A stretch of 64,000 bases of DNA from Octopus vulgaris (Eukaryota), in the NCBI GenBank assembly GCA_951406725.2, contig OX597816.1, positions 141,608,001-141,672,000 of the forward strand, in the 5' to 3' direction. Of the stretch, positions 52,328 to 64,000 are shown piece by piece. The position numbers and the translations under genes were made by a program. The notes under the pieces are model-generated. The model ran no database searches. It was not told where the DNA came from and saw only the letters and a list, made by a program, of their open reading frames with translations. The stretch's first letter is position 1. Every line of letters begins with the position of its first letter.

Positions 52328-53195
52328 GACTGGCTGTCAAGTGGTAGTGGGGAACAAGCACAGACACAAAAACACACACATAGACACACACATAAGGACA
52401 GATAAACACACACACACACATATGTAGAGGCAATGACAAGTGACTGCAACCTATGGCAATATGCCATGCTTGAGAAGTCCCACCAAGCCAAGTAAAAATG
52501 TAGTCATGGTTGATGCCAGTGTTGCATAACTGGCACTTGAGCCAGTGACATGTAAAAAGCACCTTTCGAACTTGTGCTACTGGAATGTAAAAAGCACCCA
52601 TCAAATGTTGGACTATATGCTGTGCTTGAGAAGACCCATCAAGCCAAGTGAAATCATAATTATGGCCAGTGCCAGTGTTGCATAACTGACACCTGGGCCA
52701 GTAGCATGTAAAAAGCACCCTTCGAACTTTGGGCCTCATGGATGCAGTGACAAGCAACAAGGACCTTTGGGAATATTTCCATGCTTGAGAAGACCTGTCA
52801 AGCCAAGTGACATTGCAGTTGTGACTGATACCAGTGTTTCATAATTGGCACCCATCAGTGGTACATAAAAAGCACCGACTACACTCTCGGGGTGGTTGGC
52901 ATTAGGAAGGGCATCCAACTGTAGAAACCATGCCAAATCAGACTAGAACTTAGTGCAGCTCTCCAGCTTATGAGTTTTCAGTCAAACCGTCCAACCCATG
53001 CCAGCATGGAAAACGGACGTTAAATGATGATGATATATACAACAGACTTCTTTCAGTTTCCATCTACCAAATCCACTCACAAAGCTTTGGTTGGCCCAAG
53101 ACAATAGGAGAAGACACTTGTCCAGGATGCTACACCGTGAGACTGAACCCAAAACCATGTGGTTGAGAAGCAAGCTTCTTACCACACAGCCACAC
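51960..53195 (-). mobile_element. SINE family A with an inverted duplication of its tail and a nested RTE end
   Basis: Tail at 51960-52420 and head at 53036-53195. Further partial A copies at ~10560, 28830, 32980, 37390, 45165, 58620 and 61640. Confidence 0.7.
52430..53034 (+). mobile_element. RTE 3'-terminal fragment with ~140-190-bp internal repeats, nested in a SINE
   Basis: Three copies of GCTTGAGAAG..AAGCCAAGT..AAAAAGCACC, then the RTE terminus and (ATG)n. Confidence 0.75.
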
Positions 53196-53269
53196 TTTAT
53201 AATTGAACTTCCACTCCCTTTTACACAATGAATGAATAAAGCTCATATCAAATATCAGACGTGGGTTGG

Positions 53270-54612
53270 TCCCATACACAGATACAGAAACGGTGTTGTA
53301 GTGTGTGCAACAAAGACAGCAAAACAGTTATGTACACTGAAGACAGGTCACAATATGTACAACAGAGACAATGTGTATAACAAGGACAGCATGAGAATGT
53401 ATACAAGTAAGACGGTGTAGCAGAGATAGTGCCATAGTATGTGTAGGGACTGAGATGATTGGATGTGGCAATTTGAACATTAATAATTTGGCATGGCTAA
53501 TGGGATATTCAACCTGTGTTGGTAATAATATATTTTGCTGAAGAAGACAAATAGACAGACACATACACATGTGTGCAGAAGTATACACATGGAGAGAGAG
53601 AGGGTGGGAAGAGGCTGGCAGGTAGGCAAAGAGAGAGAGAGAGAGAGAGAGGGAGAGGAAGAGAGAAAGGGTAAAGGAAGAGAGATACAGGCAGAGAGAG
53701 AGAGAGAAGGAAAGAGTGAGAGAGAGAAGGAAAGAGTGAGAGAAGGAAAGAGTGACAGAGAGAGAGAGGCAGGAGAGGGGGAGAGATGTAGAAAGAGGTA
53801 GAGAGAGACACACAGGAAGAAGGAGAGAGGGTATGAGAGAGGGATAGAGTAGGAGATAGGGGTTAGAGAAGACAAGAGAAATGTTAAAGTGAGAGAGAGA
53901 GAAAGACAAAATGTTTGATAATAATAATAATAATTGTCGAACCAGCCATGCCAAAATAGGTGGCACCAAAACATCTCATACTCTTGTATACAATAGAGAG
54001 GGTGTCACAGTATGTACAATAGAACAGTATCACAAATTTATGTAACAAGGAAAGTGTCACAAATGTATGTGACAGTGTATGTGAACAGTGTCACAAATAT
54101 ATGTCACAAGGAAAGTGTTGATAAAGAAAGTGTCATTGTGTCAGTATCAGAGACTGTCCCATATGGTGTACAAGAATAACAATGTATATGAGATAATATA
54201 ATTGTTATAATAGTTACACTAGTTATCTAATAGTTATCATAATAGTTATAATAGTTATCATAACTTTTCTGTTATCAGTATTATAATATTGGTTTCAAAT
54301 CTTGGCACAAGGCCAGCAAGTTCAGGAGAGGGGTAAGTAGATTACATTGACCCCCAGTGCTCAACCCTGAAAGGATGAAAGGCAAAGTTGATCTTGGCAG
54401 AGTTTGAACTCAGAACATAAAGATGTATGAAATGCTACTGAACATCTTGCCTGACACAGTTACAATTCTGCCAACTTGCTGCCTTAATCAATATTAAAAC
54501 ACTGATAATAGAAATGTTATAATACCACAATAAAAGTCATAACTGGGGAAAACCAGTATTATTGAAGATGATAGTAATACCGAACATGAAATATTTAAAA
54601 AAAGTAATAATG

Positions 54613-54663
<51 letters not shown>

Positions 54664-55190
54664 GGATATCATTTTTGAATTTAAAACATTACCTTAGAAA
54701 TATTTAATCAGCATTGATATTAGAATCCATAACAACAGCCTTAATGAAGTTAAATCGTGATCATAATAGTAACCTCAATTATGATTATATTCAAGTTATA
54801 ACAGTTAAATATCATAGTAGTGACCGTGCTGAAGTGGTAATTGCTGTAATAAGGCCCAGCATAATCACAGGTGAGTAGAATGAAACCAATCAAAAGGTAA
54901 AATAAAGTCATCATTGTGGAATTATAACCAATAGTAAGTATATTATTACAGGTACTTGAGGCTTTGCCTCTTGCATGCCAAGAAGTGACATAGAATCCAA
55001 GGTACAATTGTAATTATAATGAAGCTTAAACAGTGAACATAATGAAATTATAATGATTGCATTTGCAGATATAATAAAGTTATAATGATGATTATACTAA
55101 CAGTAATAGTAACGAAGTTATAGTTGTTATCAAATAGAATTCACACGATGAAGTTATAGTAGTGATTATAATAGTGACTGTAGTGAAGTT
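53270..55190. repeat. Degenerate minisatellites (GTGTCACAAATGTAT-like, then GTTATAATA-like) around a GA-rich tract at 53590-53905
   Basis: Visible periodicity and strong purine strand asymmetry. Confidence 0.6.
54290..54486 (-). mobile_element. Short SINE family D (other copies at ~8730-8825, 50090-50256, 50668-50846)
   Basis: Shared GGCACAAGGCCAGCAA..CCCCAGTGCTCAAC..GAAAGGCAAAGTTGA..TTTGAACTCAGAA; B-box-like GAGTTCAAA on the minus strand. Confidence 0.7.
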
Positions 55191-55699
55191 TTCTCTTTAC
55201 ATTGACTTCTATGTTTATGGTTAACATTACTGTTCTCTTCAATAATGCTGTCCAACTTCTCTTCAGTCATAGATTATGGATAAAAGTTGAAAACATGAAC
55301 AAAGATAAATATATCATTACACTCTTATGGTGAATTTTAATTTGAATGTGGAATTAGTACATAGATTGCAGTATGAAAGATGTACATCAATCATTTAAAA
55401 ACATACACAGACTGTTAGCTTAACATTTATTACCTTAAACATTTATTATTTTGTGTCAAATTTTTTGTCACACCAACTGCAAACCTGGTTACTAATGTTA
55501 TTTCACTGAAATCCAGTGAAATTCTGTTAGCGCAATGAAAATTTTGAGACCAAATAATAAATGATTGAGTGAAGTTAACAGTCTTCACGTGTTTTTGAAT
55601 AGCTAATTTGTGTCTTCCATGCTGCAATCCTTTATGTTTCAACTCGTGATCTTAGATAAAATCATTTGCTTGGTATGTATACCACTGAAATTAAGAAAT

Positions 55700-56215
55700 C
55701 ACTTCATCTGATAATCAACTTTGACTATTGTAAAGACATAATTTCACTCAGATGGTCAAGTTTACCACTGAAAAGATAAAGGCATGATTACAACCTGAAA
55801 ATCAAGTTTGACCATTAAACATTTAAAGATATTAGAATCTTAATGTCAGTCTTGACCACCATAAAGATAAAGATATTATTACCCTCTTTCATTCAAAATC
55901 AACCAAAACCCCTATACTATCATGGTCGATGCTGACCAGTGAAGAATTAAATGTATCATCATAATGTGTAATGGTACATTACATATGGTTAATTTTAACT
56001 TCTGATCATTGTAAAGATAAATATGTCATTATTTTAATCTGATGGTTAATTTTGATCATTGCAATAATAGAAATATAATTACAACATTCAGATCATTAAT
56101 TTTAACCCCTGAAAAAGATAAAGGCATAATTATAATTGGATGGTCAATTTTGATCACTGTAAAAAAAAAATATATGCTAAGATGGTCAATTTTTGATACT
56201 GCAAAGATAAATATA
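55700..56215. repeat. Degenerate ~45-bp tandem array with a palindromic core
   Basis: About 10 units approximating GATGGTCAATTTTGACCACTGTAAAGATAAA plus a variable linker. Confidence 0.8.
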
Positions 56216-56458
56216 TCAGTCTCTTGCCATTTCTATCCAGGCACCCTCAACACACTTATCTCTCCTCTTCTCAATACTCATGTTGTGTTCAGTTCCACCA
56301 GGCTCTATTGAACCCTACATCTCTTGAATGCTGGCCCTCTTGAACACCCCACTCTTGAACTCTGCTCTCGATTTATGACATATTCCAAGTGGACCATAGC
56401 AATAACTATAGTCTCTGACTACTAATAACATAGAAGTTTGGTTTTCTCTCTCTCTGTC

Positions 56459-56511
<53 letters not shown>

Positions 56512-56874
56512 TGCATACACATACATACTCATACAAAGACACACATAATTAGGATGGAAGAAAATAGAAACAATGGAATGAATGAAAGATTGTTCTGAAA
56601 CTTGCAGAGATGAATAATTGATAGTCAACTTTGATGAGGGCTAGTCTAAGAATCATGATGTATTCATTCTGTCCATTGTTCTGCTGCCAAGGTAGAACTT
56701 CATTTCAGTTAATTATTGCTGAACAATGATATCTTATTTTTATTACTCTAATATATAAGATGATTTCATGCAGTGATAAATTTAGATGATTCTGTCAAAT
56801 ATCATGAATGTTATCACCAAAATAATACATAGTATCAGAAACAGGAAACCAATCGTATAATGAAAGGTTCTTAC

Positions 56875-57018
56875 CGACATCAAGGTTCCAATATTAGATT
56901 TAGCAAAGTTTATAACATCTGTGATGACAAAGCCACTTCGTTTGGATGCCAGGCTCCATAAGGCAGTTAAGTTCCCTCCAGCCAATATCTCAGGCTTATC
57001 AACAAGATTTGTGTTATT
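56875..57018 (-). CDS. TMEM245: TMEM245 orthologue, next coding exon (144 nt, phase 0/0)
   Basis: Minus strand reads ttttctttattcctaccaccag|AATAACACA...TTGATGTCG|gtaaga and translates NNTNLVDKPEILAGGNLTALWSLASKRSGFVITDVINFAKSNIGTLMS, in frame with the previous exon. The end resembles vertebrate DIVSFVHENIETFLS. Overlaps ORF 56782..56985. Confidence 0.85.
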
Positions 57019-57109
57019 CTGGTGGTAGGAATAAAGAAAACAAATTGAACATCAATAAAACCTTAACATTTAACAAGAGAGCATGAATATATATTGTATT
57101 AACAAATGT

Positions 57110-57655
57110 TTAACACCATCACATTTAGATCACATACATCACATTGAATCCATTGCACTGCAATGTATCTATTACATAACTTGCAATAGATTTATTACAT
57201 TAGCTGTAATGGATTCATTATGACAACTGTAATAGACTCATCATATTAACTGTTAGGAATCCATGAATATTAACGGTGAAGAAAACAAGATTACAAGTTC
57301 TTTCAATTGCCTTTAGTTGTACTGTACAACATAGCTGTATTCATCATACTAATGATAACAAATCTGTCATATTAATTGAAATGGATTCCTTAAATTAACT
57401 GCAATGGATTGACCTCTTTAATTGTCATAGCCCCAGCATATCAAATGCAAAGAACTCATTACTTCACTGCAATGGATCTACCATTTTATCTGCAATGGAT
57501 ATATCACATTAACTACAAGAGATTCTTAACATTAACTGTAACCAATCCATTGTATTAACTGCAATAGACCCATCTTATTTCTTACAATGGGTTCACTAGA
57601 GCTACCACATTAACTGCAATGGATCCATCACATAAAATGAAATGGATCCATGATA
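57110..57655. repeat. Degenerate 23-bp minisatellite
   Basis: Consensus about TCACATTAACTGCAATGGATCCA, roughly 20 units. Confidence 0.8.
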
Positions 57656-60631
57656 TAAAGTGAAAATTATGTATTTTCTTCTTACAATAATAAGACTATA
57701 ATTCTATTAAAACTAGTAGTAATATAACAGTATTCTATTTTCCATTAAAGATTTGTTTCATTTACTACATTCAATTCTTTCTATTCATTTTATTACAGTT
57801 ATTATATTTTGAGAAAGCTGTTTATTTATTGTAATGGAACTTCTTTATTTCCTCTCATCAATGGATCCATTCCATTTGTTCTAAGTGATAAATCTATTCA
57901 ACTCTTTATAAACTTATTCCAGATACTGTAATGAAACTTCTGCATTTATTGTTGATATGTGATATTTTATTATTTGTTAATAGGGAATCAGAATAAAGTG
58001 CTCCCTGGAGCTAAAAACACATTATTAAACTGAAGCTAAATTACATTAAAGCTATATCAAACAATTTCAGAAATATAATATTTCATTATTATCAGTGAAA
58101 TTATCTTCTATAAAGATGTTCATATTAGAAACAAAAATGCCAATTCTATCTAAGATGAATTAAATACAGTTAAATTCAAAATTGTGTGACAACAATAGTG
58201 TAATTGCTGGAAGTAAATTGGTCAGCATCTATCTATTAATATCACCATTAATAAAAGTTTTCCTTTCCATTTGAATTGGTTAAAATTAATTTCTTACAAT
58301 TTATGTAGGTTAACTTCATATTTCTGCTTATTTCCCTACAACTTTGATAGCTACAGCTCTTGGAAATTTTACATAACAATTCTGATTACATTTTATCACA
58401 AGTCTATTTTGTGTGATTTCCAACCATGTAAAAAGTAAATTTTACAGATTAAGTTTTCTTTAACAATAATTTTAATACTTTCTTATGTTGGAAAATGAAA
58501 TAAAAAGAAATATCTATGCGTAATGTTAGAAGAAATGGAGCTATTTTAGAGACAGTTTGCCTTCAGGCAAAATTCTTCATCACTTAAATGCCAACTTAAA
58601 GCTGAACTTTTAGGTTGCTAGACATGGCTATGTGATTAAGGCTCTTGCTTCCCATCTTTGTGGTTTGGGATTCAGTCCCACTGCATGGCACCTTGGATAA
58701 GTGTCTCCAGCTATATAGCTCCAGGCTGATCAAAGCTTGTGAATGGATTTGGTAGAGGCAAACTGAAAGAAATCGATGGAGTGTGTTGGGTGGGGGCTGG
58801 TTTGTGAATATCCTTGTCTTGATATCATTTGATGGTTGTAAACAAGCAAGTCAAATAATGGTGATGGTGATGATGATAAATCTGAAAATTTCAAGTGATG
58901 TATCATGGAAACCATATTTCTACAATCTAATCAAAACAGCCATGAAGATCTGTTGAGAAAAATATTTTAGTCTCAAGCAGTTGTTGATTACCATCTTTCA
59001 TTGTGTACAGAAGAAATATAAAAAAAAAACCTACAAGGTTAGAAAGCCCACCTTCACTGACATTATATACATGTTCTCTACCCTTCTTATCTATGATCTC
59101 TATACCTTTCAAGTCAATATATTAATTTCATTTTCAACATTCTTCTTCTAAATGACATTCATTTGGAATTTTTTTACACTCACTGTATTTCAACTCTAAT
59201 CTCTCACAGTTTTAACAATCTTTCATCACTTTTCTATGGTGGCTGTACTCTCATTTCTCTTATAGAAACCACTTATAAATTTATGGTGTTCTGGGTACAG
59301 TGATAACAAGTTGGTTCAAGTTTAAAGAAGTGAAAAAAAAATGAAACTAATCTAAGACAACATACAGAAACAAGTTCCTTCAATTGCCTTTAGTTGTACA
59401 GTAGGGTGTAGTTGTATTCATACTATTGACTCCATCTGTACCAAACACAATCAATTCTAATTAGTAGAGTGTCATATCGATAATTTAATGAATATTTTTC
59501 CTTCAGCAATCTAATTTGATCAGAAATCTCTAAAGTATGTATTTGCTTCACTAGAAAAGCACAACTTAAGTAAAATGCCCAAATTAGTTTCCGATCGTAG
59601 TGGCGAAAACTAAGAAAAGAAAAGCAGGTCTATGATACTGTTACACTTTTCTTTTTAAATTCAATCAAATCATTAAAAATATGTAATCATGCACAGAAAA
59701 TTAATAGTCTTTTGACAGAGTTGCTGATTCATCAATTATTCATACATTTTTTTTTGTTTTGCCATGTTAATTTTTCAATTCATTAGATGCCAGGAATATT
59801 TTGATAGCTATCAGTTTGAGGTAAAAATAATTTCAAAGTTAAATTCTATATGGCATGTAAATTAAAAAGCATACATCATCTAAACTTTACAAAGATTAAT
59901 GAGATAATATGAAATATTAGGATCTTGAAGTCAATTGTGAAATTTTAGGATTAGTTTGGCTTTCTGACAAACCTAAAGAAAATAGATGGAAATATATTTA
60001 TTTTTATAAAAATACATTTTGACTCAGTGATTTATTTGATTTCTTTCAGAACTTTGTGACCTGCAAGCATTGCAGTGTTGTAAGGTTACAAAATATTATG
60101 ATGATATGACTACATTTCTTATTAAAGTTGCAGTGTCAGAAAATAAGTTTCCACCATATTCAGTGCATCATTTATCCAATGTAAGCTGTAGCCAATCCAA
60201 TCCATTGTCATTCCTTTTTGTTCCACAGTGATCTCATTTGGATTAACTTTTCTTTTTTAGTGTAATGCTGGGCATTAATCCAACAGTTCTAGTTCAATCA
60301 TGTATTGATCTCTGTCAATACATGTGGCATGCAGATAATCTCAACCCCAACAAATATGGTGCAAATGTAAACCTCACCCCAACAGTTTTAGCATAAACAG
60401 ATCAGATGTAATTTATCTTGTTTATTTATATATTAACAATAATGGCTGTTCTACTACAAAAACAGTTTATTTTTCACAAACAGTTTCAAGAAAAATTCTT
60501 AAGTTCAAAATTTTAAAATATATTGATGAAAATAATGAAGCTGAGTACTCTGCAAAAGATTAATAATTGCAGTGAATTGAAATATTTTGGCAATTCACTC
60601 ATTATAAGACATTTATGAAGTAGGAACTTAC

Positions 60632-60730
60632 CCGATCAAACCAGCTCTTGTAAAGTCTGTCCCACACTTCAAGGACTTCTTTCTCTATATGAGTATTGTT
60701 ACCCCCCCTACCTTGAACAGCGTCTCGGAT
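60632..60730 (-). CDS. TMEM245: TMEM245 orthologue, internal coding exon (99 nt, phase 0/0)
   Basis: Minus strand reads tcttctgtttgtag|ATCCGAGAC...TTTGATCGG|gtaagt and translates IRDAVQGRGGNNTHIEKEVLEVWDRLYKSWFDR. This matches the vertebrate TMEM245 segment I recall ([22 protein letters not shown]). Too short for the ORF track. Confidence 0.92.
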
Positions 60731-63369
60731 CTACAAACAGAAGATAGCATATAATATTATTCAATTCAATTCATAACACATTCAATGTATAATATATGAT
60801 TATTTCATTACTTGTTAACATATTGTGCTTTCTTTTCACAAAATTTCTATTATTAAAAAATAAAATCAGAGAAAAAAGAAAATGTTTTCAAAAGAAATGA
60901 AACTGCTAGATTAAAGCAGCTTACTTCTTTTGAGTGAAAAATATAATATGACGAGATTAATCAGGAAAATTATATGAACATGACTTCCACTTACAAGTGA
61001 AGCTTTAGTTAACTCTGCAGTCCATACATAAATTTGTTGTAAACATTTTCAATTCTCTAAATGTCTAAATCTCTGAGATTATTTGTTATTAAGATTATTA
61101 AAATTTTTCAGACTATTATCCTCATCTTTAGAATTTATATATATAATATGTATATCTTCATTATGTTTTGATCAGTTTACAGCTGCTATTCAACTATTAT
61201 CTTATTCATGAATACGAACATGGTCATAGATGGATTTGAACCAGAAACCTTTATTTCTAAACAAAGGGTTAGCAATGTGCTTAGCTACATATATCTGCAC
61301 TAGTGATTTGGTACTTAAGAGACATTAGTGCCCTTCTTGTATAGATGAAGTTTTAGTTCAAAAGCAGCCTGTGGCTGATGTAAATTTTCAGGAATTTATG
61401 AGTTTTGACTGGAGGTGGATAAACTTAACAGGTTCAGAAACACACACCTCTTGAAAAACAATAAGAGATGAGGGAAAAGTCACTGATTCATGATATATGA
61501 AGTGCAAAGATTGATGCTATTGGAGGCTTTCTCTTTTCATCAATGAATTGGCTTGGAGGAAGGGGCTGTATGCATGCCCTTTATGAGTCCTTGAAGACTG
61601 GTGAGATCAACAAGTTTTTATCTTCCTTTTGTTTCTGTAGACTGCCTGACAGCTAGTGTTAGCTTATGTCCATGCCATTTTACAGGTTGGCAAAAGAAAT
61701 TGATAGAATATAAGCCACATTTTAAAAAAAATCAAACATAAAACAACTAAAATCCTTCAAGGTGCTGCCCCAGCATGGCCACACTATGACAGAAACAAGT
61801 AAATGATAAAAGATATATTATGTATATGAAATTAAATGACGTTAGAGCACTGCAGATGGGATTAAGTCATTTAAGTTATTGTATCATGTGAAATTGTATC
61901 CTTTTTATTATATAGATATGATGTGGAAATATACATTTGTATGAGTTGCACATGTCTCTACAGAAATTTGAACACTTCGTTTAAACATATCTTGTTTAAC
62001 AATAAGCATGAAGTGACAGTGAAATATAGTAATTCAATGATCAAAGAACTAAATTAATAGGACAGAAATAATAGGACATGAATTCAATTCCTGCTATAGG
62101 CACTACATTGTACTTGTAGACAAGGCAGATCAGTGTACATAACATTACATATCTCGAGGCAAAATTCCTATACTGTCTCAAATTTCTCTATTTTATTTTT
62201 TATTGAGAAGTTCTTAGATTTTTCTTTTTTCTTGTTTTTCTTCTTTTTTTCTGACTTCCAACAGTAAAACAGAATGTAATATCTTACACACTTGCTTTTC
62301 CTCTCAGATATCATGATGGATAGAACTTTTTGGCTAGAACTAACTCTCAGAAGTCTCAGCTCTTCTTGACTAAACTGAAACAATGAGCATCACTTACAGA
62401 AACAGCTATTTATCTTGTTTACAAAGCCTCCAATATCATCAATCTTTGTACTTTCATACATCATGAATCAGTAACTTTTCTCTTGTCTCTTCTATTGTTT
62501 GTGTAAGAGGTGAGTGTTTCTGAACATGCAAAGTTTATTCCATCTCCAGTCAAAACTCATAAAAAAGGCCTCTATAGGATTGTTCAACATGCTAAAAATA
62601 GCAGCCGATCCAATTTCCCTCATATCACAACTTACCATCTTATACAATGATGCAATAAATAATGACACATTAATCATAATTAAATAATGTGCTGCATTTC
62701 CCAAGACAGACAGGATTGTTTTAGCTGGAATATCTTTGATCATAAGCCTGTTTAATCAAGGCAGATTTGGGCCTGAACAACAACAACAACAAATACTACA
62801 ACTGTTGCTGCTGCTTCTGCCACAGTCTTTACCACAATCACTACCACCACTTATAGAATAAATTTTAGAGGATTAACTTACTGGATCAATTTCTTACCAA
62901 TCACATAATGCCTAACTTTAAATGTGTAACTTTTAAAATATTTAACTGTTTAAATATTTAGCTATTTAAATATCTAACTTTGAATGTTGATCAACTTAAA
63001 TGTCTAACAGTTCAAATGTTTAACTATTCAAAATTTGAACAGTTTAAACATGTAATTGTTTAAATGTGTAACTATCTAAATGTTTACCAGCTCAAATGTT
63101 TACCAGTTGAAATACATAAGTTTAAATATCCAATACGTTAAATGTCTAAATTACTAAGAGCAATTGAAGAAGAGTTCAATAAGTTTAATTGCTATGATGA
63201 GGGAAGCATCTTCTGTAATCTCTTTTATGAATTAATTGTTGCTAACCATAAATGGTCACCAGTTTCTTAGGACTTGGGGATTTTACCCACTTTAAATCTC
63301 TGACTGTTTATATTTTTCTAACACTTTAATTACTAAGCTGTCTAACAATAAGACTGTTTAACTGCTTAA

Positions 63370-63587
63370 CCCTTTAGTATTCAGATTACTCAGTCAAACA
63401 TAATGCTTATTTATTCATGTAGTTTTGAATTAGCTATGCATTATCTCATAGCTGTGAGATTTCTGTGAAGTGACTCTACTTTAGGAATGAAATTTTAGAT
63501 TAGATGTGAGAGGCTGGATCTGGCTGGTCTGAACATAAAGGAGGTAGAAGATTTAGGCCAGATATGGCTGATTTGAATGCTAAAAGA
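63370..63587. mobile_element. piggyBac-type MITE, family 2
   Basis: TTAA|CCCTTTAGTATTCA ... TGAATGCTAAAAGA|TTAA. Confidence 0.7.
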
Positions 63588-63607
63588 TTAAATATATGAC
63601 AGTTTAA

Positions 63608-63811
63608 CCCTTTAGCATTTAAATAAGCTATATCCAGTCAAACCATTCTATTTGTTGTATGTTCAAACTGGCCAGATCTGGCCCCTTGCACCTACCCTAC
63701 AATATCATTCTAAAAATTAACAATTATCTCATAAAAATCTGAAAGCTATAAACGAAATTATGATTAATTCAAAACAATGTGAATAGATAAGTATCTAAGG
63801 ATGCTAAAGGG
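63608..63811. mobile_element. piggyBac-type MITE, family 2, inverted relative to its neighbour
   Basis: TTAA|CCCTTTAGCATT ... ATGCTAAAGGG; internal CTGGCCAGATCTGGCC is reverse-complementary to the preceding copy. Confidence 0.7.
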
Positions 63812-64000
63812 TCAAAAGTTTAACTGTCTAATTGTTTAAATTCTCATATTTCTGCCAAGGAATTATGTTTTAGAATACCACCCTTTTTATTTCTCTTTAC
63901 CTAGCAATAAACTGACGTTGTGAACATAACTGCACATTTTTTTTTGTGTACTTAATCAGGAGAGAAAGGAAGTTCCTATGACTTTTTATTGGTACAATGA

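Larger units (their letters stand above)
62910..63840. repeat. Degenerate ~16-bp TTAA-rich minisatellite, interrupted by MITEs
   Basis: Repeated TTTAACTGTTTAAATG-like units. Confidence 0.7.

Noticed and set aside
53328-53974. Longest ORFs in the track (213, 164 and 100 aa)
   Set aside because: Low-complexity translations of the GA/CT tract.
54750-55007. Hydrophobic ORF containing TLFYLL, reminiscent of TMEM245 TTLFYLL
   Set aside because: The flanking residues do not match, there are no suitable minus-strand splice sites, and it lies within a degenerate repeat.
55700-56215. CRISPR-like appearance (palindromic repeats with variable spacers)
   Set aside because: The repeats are far from identical, the linkers are only ~14 nt and partly related, there are no cas genes, and the context is an animal intron.

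Overview
AT-rich, repeat-dense animal DNA, most likely an octopus (coleoid cephalopod) judging by its tRNA-derived SINEs and RTE LINEs (inference). The only host gene I can support is a TMEM245 orthologue on the minus strand, seen as two phase-0 coding exons (60632-60730 and 56875-57018). I found no further exon, so 1-56874 appears to be one intron of at least 56.8 kb. That intron holds four SINE families, RTE and R4/Dong-type LINE fragments, Tc1/mariner, pogo and hAT relics, piggyBac/hAT/mariner MITEs, a probable Penelope relic, microsatellites and degenerate minisatellites. Nearly all other ORF-track entries are microsatellite or transposon artefacts. Best leads: (1) four Penelope-type minimal hammerhead ribozyme motifs, one with an intact core (19154-19195), all antisense to the host gene; (2) a 390-bp near-perfect SINE-derived foldback and a 64-nt hairpin with a single A:C mismatch, both candidate ADAR or small-RNA substrates; (3) a candidate recursive splice site and a candidate poison exon; (4) a ~45-bp repeat array with a palindromic core near an exon. 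Boundaries of degenerate repeats are approximate and all family assignments are by eye, without database searches.
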